64,000 nucleotides of DNA from Alloascoidea hylecoeti (Eukaryota): the NCBI GenBank assembly GCA_001600815.1, contig BCKZ01000005.1:195532-259531 (forward strand), written 5' to 3'. This document shows, piece after piece, positions 57,280-64,000 of this stretch; within the stretch, counting starts at the first letter, position 1; each line of letters opens with the position of its first letter. The translations under genes were made by a program, and so were the position numbers. The notes beneath the pieces are model-generated. The model was not told the origin of the DNA and ran no database searches. It saw nothing but the letters and a program-made list of their open reading frames with translations.

Positions 57280-59394
57280 TCAATTCCTCGCACGCAAAGA
57301 AGAAGTGGTAACAGGTGTAGGTGAAAGTAGTGATTGCCTACTACTAACTCTAGATCTACTACTAGCTCTACTACTACTACTTCGAGGTGTAACAGATCTT
57401 GATACTTTCCCTTTTAATCTTGGGCTAGGGCTAGACACCCGAGTTTTATCACTATTGACATTGTCAGTAGCAGTACTAGTAGCAGTAGTTGGAGAAGTAG
57501 AGGTTGGAACAGTAGAAGGAATATTATTCATAGGCAGTGTTGTATCTCTAATAATACGAGATAACTCTAGCCAATTTAAAACTTCTGATTTTGATTCTGA
57601 TTCTGATTCCAATAGTGATGAATCAAAGTCCTTGTCAAGTAATTTTGGTAAGTTAAGCACAGTTATAGGTTTTGTAAATGTGTATAAATAGTGTAAGATA
57701 TCCTTTTAAAATAAATGAAAATTCAAAAAGTTAGTTTAATATAAATGTAACAAGAAAATTTTATCATTAACAAAGCATACCTGAATCAAACGTGGTTTTG
57801 GTGTTGAACTTTTCACGGTTGCAGACATTGAAGTTTCATCATTATTTGAATCACTAGAAATATCTTCCTCTTGTTGTTGTTGTTGTGGTGGTGGTGGTGG
57901 TAGTGATAATGATGGTAATGTTAGACTTGGGTTTAATATATTCGAAATAACATTTGTTGAAATATAATCTGAGCCTGAGCAAAAATTAATAAAATTTATT
58001 GAATTTGATTTCTTTAAATTTTTTAATTTATCAAATGATGAGATATAAAATTTAAATAAAACATTATTTTTATTATTATAATTTTGAAGAAAATAAGATT
58101 CTAATTGAGATTTAAAATTATCATAATCATCTTTGTTATATTTTACTTTAGTTGTAGAAATTGAAAACAAATTATTGAGACATGTTACTTCATCATTGCG
58201 GTCCCCAACTGTTGTTGTTAACGTTGTCTCAAGATTATTATTTGATATTAATTTAATAATATCAATTATATCATCATCATTATGATTTTCACTATTAAAA
58301 GAAATGATTTGAAAACTAATACCATATACAAAATTATTATCATCATTACCATATTTTTGCCTTTTTAATTCACAGGTATCAACAGTTGAATTTAAAATTA
58401 TTTCAAAATTTTTAAAAATCGAAGAGGAAAAATTGTTGTTAGTAGAAGAAGATACAATGTTAGGATTAATGATACTGATATCTTTACCTTTAACAATTAT
58501 ATCTTTTAAAGCTATTGATATTGTTAAAGAATAATCAGGGATATTTGTAAATATACCATCAAGATTGAATTCTTGATTTAATGAAGTAAATTTAATTTGT
58601 TTTTCATCAATTATGATCTCATTTTCCATTTCCTTTTCCGTTTCCAGTTGCATTTCTTCTTCTAAATTATTATTATTATTATTATTTAGATTAATATAAC
58701 AACAAAGCTTCCCTTTATAATCTAGTATAATCTGTTCTAAATTTCTCCTCATTTTAACCTCTTTTAAATATTTGTCAAGAGTTTCTTTATAATCATCATT
58801 ACCAGATTTAATAATCTCATTTAAATTATCAATTTTCAAATTATTTTCATTGATTTTTTCAGTTATATCACTAATTTCTTCCTTTAATTCTGAAATTAAC
58901 AATTGTTTTGAATTTTTTTCAGAAATTATTGATAAATCACCATCATAATTATTAATCTTATTGTATAAATCTTCTTCTAAATTTTTTAAATCTTTTAATT
59001 GAATTTCTAATAGATTATATTTATAACCAATTTCTTTTAAAAGCTTTAAATTATCTAATTTTATTAGTTTTAAATCCTTTATATTGGATAAATGATTGTA
59101 TTTTAATTGTTTTTTCTGTATAAAGAATTTCTCATTTTCTTTTTGTAATACCGAACCATGATTTGAATTTATTGATTTCAATGATTGATTTAGCTCATAT
59201 ATTCTATCACTTAATTGTGATTCCAATATCAATAAATCTTCATTTTCCTCCACATCTTCAACATCAGGTCCATCACTTGATAACGACCTTGGAGTATTCT
59301 GCTTCAGCCAAAATGACTGAATTTTTGTAAAGTCTCGATATCGTGGCTGTGATGGAGATGGAGACTTTGGCGAAGACTGTGATGAGGAAGACAT
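57280..59394 (-). CDS. Cik1/Vik1-like non-catalytic partner of kinesin-14 Kar3, 2 exons
   Basis: Long coiled coil, then the neck motif KEVKMRRNLEQIILDYKGKLCCY (cf. RRxLENxIxExKGxxRxY) and FNLDGIF, with no P-loop. Intron 57780-57703 (GTATGC..ACTAAC..AAG) joins LIQ to DILHYLYTFTKPITVLNL, in frame with the 57280-57660 ORF. Confidence 0.7.
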
Positions 59395-59961
59395 AACGGA
59401 GGTTAAAGTAAAAGAGTTAACGTTGTTAAGAGCTTAACTATAAGGCGCACGGTTGTTTTTGATAAAAGTTGGCATCATTGGAGTAAGTAAATTTGGCACA
59501 TTTTTATATAGCCAAAATAGCCAGAAAGTACAGAAATACATGTAACGGAATGTGATTGAAATGCACATACAAAATTTAGAATTGAAACCAAACACCCAAT
59601 TAAAGCTTAAGTAACATTCCTTCCTGACTTTATTACCGGTATATAACTTCCGATAATATAATAAAGTCAGGAACAGTTTTGTTAGCATAGATATGGAAAA
59701 GAATTATTGTTTTACACACAAGATTTCTTATAAAGTGAAATTTTGCAGAAATGTGTTTACTTTTGTTTATTAATATTATGTTTAATTAAATATAATCCCA
59801 ATATTGCGATACAAAATGTTTATATTATAGTCATTTAAATGTAAAATAATAAAACTTGCAGGTAAAATAAACAAACACGTTAAAACAAAATCGTTATAAT
59901 ATTATTATATCTTCTTTTATTACCTCTGAAAGAAGTAGGAATATATAAATCATGCTAGCCC

Positions 59962-60956
59962 TTAAGCTTTAGGAGGTTGTGGAACATATGGTTCTTCCAA
60001 ATATTTAATCTCTTCATCCGCTAGCTTGATTTTCAAAGCAGCAACTGCATCATCAGCTCTTGATTCTTTGTTCATTCCAACGATCGGTGAAGCACCTTTA
60101 TGAATAACCCATGCAAGAGCGATTTGTGACACCGGTACATTCCGCTTTTTGGGGGATCTCTTCTACTCTACCAATAATTGTATCTCTTGGTTTTGATACG
60201 TTACCGTAGAGCATTGCGACTCGTCTACTTCCACTTCTCACAGTAGATAATTTTTCTGAAACCAGGCGTGCTAAAATACCTCTTGCTAATGGAGATCAAG
60301 GGATTATACCGACTCCTGTTTCTTTACAAATGGAATCATTTCCCTTTCCTCTTCTCTGTCAACTAAATTATATAAATTTTGCATTGAGATGAATTTAGTC
60401 CATCCATTTTTTTCTGCAATAAACTGTAATTGAGCAAATTGATATGTCCGCATTGTTGAAGCTCCAATGTACCTAACCTTTCCACTTTGGACAACATCAT
60501 GGAGAGCTTTCATTGTTTCTTTTTTCGGTGTTGAAGTACCTAATCTTTCAACTGATCCACCAACAGCATCCATGATATGTTTTCTTGATACTCCATACTC
60601 ATTTAAGTACTTCTCATCCAATTTGCCATTTTGTAATAAATCTAACAGTTCTGCCTGAGTGGGGTTTTTTTCTTTATCACAAAGAAAGAAAACTTTTGTT
60701 AAAATAACAACAGTTGAATTTTTAATATTATATTTCTTCAAGAATTTTCCTAAGAGAATTTCTGATTTTCCATTACTATAAGTATCAGCAGTATCGAAGG
60801 TTCTAATACCAAGATCATATGCTCTTTTTAAAATTGAAAAGACTTTTTCTTCATCTTCAATAACCCAAGGACTCCATGATTTGTTACCAAAAGACATACA
60901 ACCCACAATAATCTTCGAGACTTTAGGACCGAGTTTCCAAGGTTTGTATATTCCAT
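59962..60956 (-). pseudogene. Aldo-keto reductase pseudogene, copy 2
   Basis: [60 protein letters not shown]. It carries a 5' frameshift, later frameshifts and a deletion of YIDILQIHRYDP. Confidence 0.9.
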
Positions 60957-61319
60957 TGTTATTGTTTTGATTTATTGAATTTATAATTAATTAAGAATTT
61001 TTAATATTATTTTAGTATTAACCGTTTCTTTTGAAAAGAAGTTGAGAATAGGAAAGTTATTATAAGATCTTATATGTAACTTATACATTAACTACCATAT
61101 CTAATCTTAATTATCCGATGTATTATATGGATACAACGTATTTTACTTATTAGTTCCTTTAAAGCCTTATTACTTTCATACTATAGCTGCTCAGATGATT
61201 ATAAGAAGTGAATAAATACAATCAGAAAAAAAACTTTCTTTTCTTCCTTTTCTAAATATAGATATAAGTGGAATATTATAATTATAAGATAAACACTACA
61301 ATTATTTAACCATATTATA

Positions 61320-62692
61320 TTACTTTCGCTTCCAATATCTTTTTCATTCTATAATGATCCAATCAAACAAAAATTAGAAAATGGAATATATCAATTGGAA
61401 CAGAAACATTTCTTGATACATCAATTCAATTGAATAATATACTAAGAAATAATACTAATGAGTCTATTACTTCACATGGAAAATATCTTATTAATGTTGG
61501 ATTAGTGTTGGAAGATAAGCTAAATCATAGTCGCTCTCAATATAAAAAGCAAATGTTAGAGTATTTTAGTGAAGTTGAGCACTGGGTTCTAATTTTACCA
61601 GTCCGTTTGACTGGTGACGCTGTTACATTTACTTGTTATAATAGTCAATTTGAAGATAGTGCTACAGGAAATACTTCAAAAATGATATGGAAGATAAAAC
61701 TTAAAATTATGATAGATGATATATTTATAGGTATTAAAGATGATCTTCAAATAAAATTCTTAGATGATCAATTTGTGATGATTCCGATCAACATTATAAC
61801 AATGAATAGTTCTCTGATTTCGCACACAAATTCAAATTACCCATATGGAAGTTTATATTGGTATGTGCTTAACTTATCAACAGGAGAATATGTTGGTTGC
61901 TTTAATATGCAGAAAAATCATTTTGCTTCAAATTTAAATCCAAATTTAGAAATTATTTATTGGAGAATTGATCGAACTGGTCAGATATATCTTGACGGAC
62001 CTAATATATTTACGATCATGTCTGATTATTTAGCTTCTCCAATTGAACATGAAAGACGGACTCCTGCAACTATAAATTTAGATGGATATGTAGAACCGTT
62101 ACTTCAGAAAATATGGGTAATGCCTTTAAATTCCTTCCTACTGGCGGCCCAAGTTGATAAATGTGATGAGACGTTAATAAAAAATATTTCTTTCCAACTT
62201 GAACAGGATATTGGTTCCCAAAATTTTATTAATGATAATGAATGTTATATTCCTTTTAGGAAAAGAAAATTCGAGCTTAAAAAATTGTAATAGAGAAAAT
62301 TAAATGGAAATCAATTTTTGAAATGCCCATCGGATACGGAGTAATAGCCCAAAAAGTACCACCTCTAACAGTTTACGGCGATATTCCTATCTTTCATTTT
62401 AATTCAAGGTTTGGGCTTCGTATGTATTACAAATACTTTTGGAATAATAAGATAGTAATACTAGCTGATTACTATGTTTATGAAGATGAAGCTGCTGAAC
62501 AAGACAATAACTATTCAAAAGTTCATATGTTATGACTTTGAAACAAAAAGACAACAATATATAAAACTTGAAGATCTTAAGCATTTCGATGAGGATCCCG
62601 AAAATTATCACAAAATTTGTCCTGAAGATTTGTTCATATTACTTGATGATGATTTAAATTATAAATTTTTAGAAAATCCAAAAAATATATGA
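61320..62692 (+). pseudogene. Fragmented unknown gene (three consecutive ORFs in different frames)
   Basis: 61430-62290, 62323-62535 and 62474-62692 abut or overlap on one strand with similar composition. The first has no ATG start and no clear introns bridge the breaks. Confidence 0.5.
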
Positions 62693-63102
62693 CTTTTATA
62701 ATTATTATTAATTTAAACATTATATCGTATCAAGACTTACGTATACTCAAATTTGAATGGAATAGGCTTGTATATTCAAATTAATTTTAAAAATAGCGTA
62801 TTGGATTTAATAAAGCAGCAATTTATGAAAATAGAATGTACTGGTATTAATTGCATTATCTACTCCCCCTTCTAGCTTTCCAGGTTCTTATATTAACAAA
62901 TAATACATTAATAACATTGCTTTATGCATGGTGTACAACATAACTATATAAATGGGTTCCCCCAAACCTTTAGTGAAATTAATTTAATCATATAAATTTT
63001 CCCTCATTACAAAATATGTTTGCAATTAAGTTGGCACTCCCACGAAATCTAAAGATAATGAGGAATAGCAAAGATATCTGCTGCAAGGTAAACATCCGAT
63101 AA

Positions 63103-63125
63103 CCCCCCCCCCCCCCCCCCCCCCC
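63103..63125 (+). repeat. C23 homopolymer (G23 on minus strand)
   Basis: Seen directly. Confidence 0.9.
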
Positions 63126-63526
63126 TACGCTTTAAACATTTTAGCACATGTCATTCTCAAAGACAGAAAACAACGTTAATATTAATGATCTAATTTTATA
63201 TAAACATATACTGAAGATACGTATACTGAGGAGGAAAAGCGACTAGTTAATCTGGTTTCATTCATTATTGTTGTCTATCCAATTGACGAAACTTATAATT
63301 GTATTTGTAATTATCAGGCAGGTTTTATTTGGATGCCATTAATTGACTTAAGAAAAATCATTAATATTATTCTTATTCCTATTATTATCATAAAAAACAA
63401 AATAATAATAATATATAAAAAAAGTTATTATAGTATGGTTTGAATCTTCTAAGGAAAAAAAAAGGATAAAAGATAAATAAAAAAGGTATTAATTAATTAA
63501 CAGCAAACAAATAATCACAGGATAAT

Positions 63527-64000
63527 TTAACAACAACTACTTGATGATTTTTCCTCAGTTGGAGCAGGTGTTAATGAAATTGTTGGACCATTTCCTGGTT
63601 TTGGACCTGATGATTCTGCAGTATCAAATTGATGACTTGAAACCATTTGATAGATTTCTTTTAATAGTTGATGGAATGATAGATCAACATTTGCTGCGTT
63701 TAAAGCTGAAGCTTCTGTGAACAAAAGATTATGTTCAGCTAATAATTAAAATAGAGTTAGTATCAGATAATAATGGTTAATTGATAAGCGTTAAGCAAAA
63801 CATAAATAAACATACCAGCAAAACTTTTGGCTTCATCGGTTGGAACAGATCTCATATGATCCAAATCAACTTTATTACCAACCAAAGCAATAATGATATT
63901 AGTATCAGCATGATCCTTTAATTCCTTTAACCATCTGTTTAAATTCTCATAACTTTCAGTTTTTGTAATATCATAAACTAATAAAGCACCAACAGCTCCA
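63527..64000 (-). CDS. YPT31: Rab11-family GTPase, 3' part, with intron 63815-63739
   Basis: [73 protein letters not shown] prenylation motif. Intron GTATGT..TACTAAC..TAG. Confidence 0.93.

Noticed and set aside
33883..59394. Functional cell-cycle cluster (G1 cyclin, septin, B cyclin, Cik1-like)
   Set aside because: The genes are interspersed with unrelated ones, and chance cannot be excluded without synteny data.

Overview
AT-rich fungal nuclear DNA, most consistent with an early-diverging budding yeast (Saccharomycotina). This is inferred from yeast-type RTG1, CIK1/VIK1, SFT2 and YPT31, a dispersed 5S rRNA gene, short TACTAAC-type introns, and CTG read as Leu in conserved motifs (YGKLP, ACGLY), so it is not a CUG-Ser/Ala clade. 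About 20 intact genes can be read: acyl-CoA dehydrogenase (partial), mitoribosomal L11, a 775-aa unknown, an iron-sensing GATA repressor, two LYC1-type GNATs, an MFS transporter, a lipase, an endosulfine, class I chitin synthase, two small PY-motif membrane proteins, G1 and B cyclins, Rtg1, Sft2, a 7-exon septin, a 6-exon USP protein, a Cik1/Vik1-like protein and Rab11 (partial). Several of these are spliced and are missed or fragmented in the ORF track. The window also holds a 5S rRNA gene, five pseudogenes and two fossil DNA transposases (Tc1-type and Fot1/pogo-type). Main points of interest: (1) sharp ~0.5-1 kb GC islands that switch off in mid-ORF; (2) a birth-and-death tandem array of Rcr1-like PPxY proteins directly downstream of chitin synthase; (3) two aldo-keto reductase pseudogenes with shared lesions but complementary deletions; (4) gene-conversion tracts between paralogs; (5) an intron-dense septin with a degenerate G3 motif. 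All calls come from manual reading and translation; no database searches were run.
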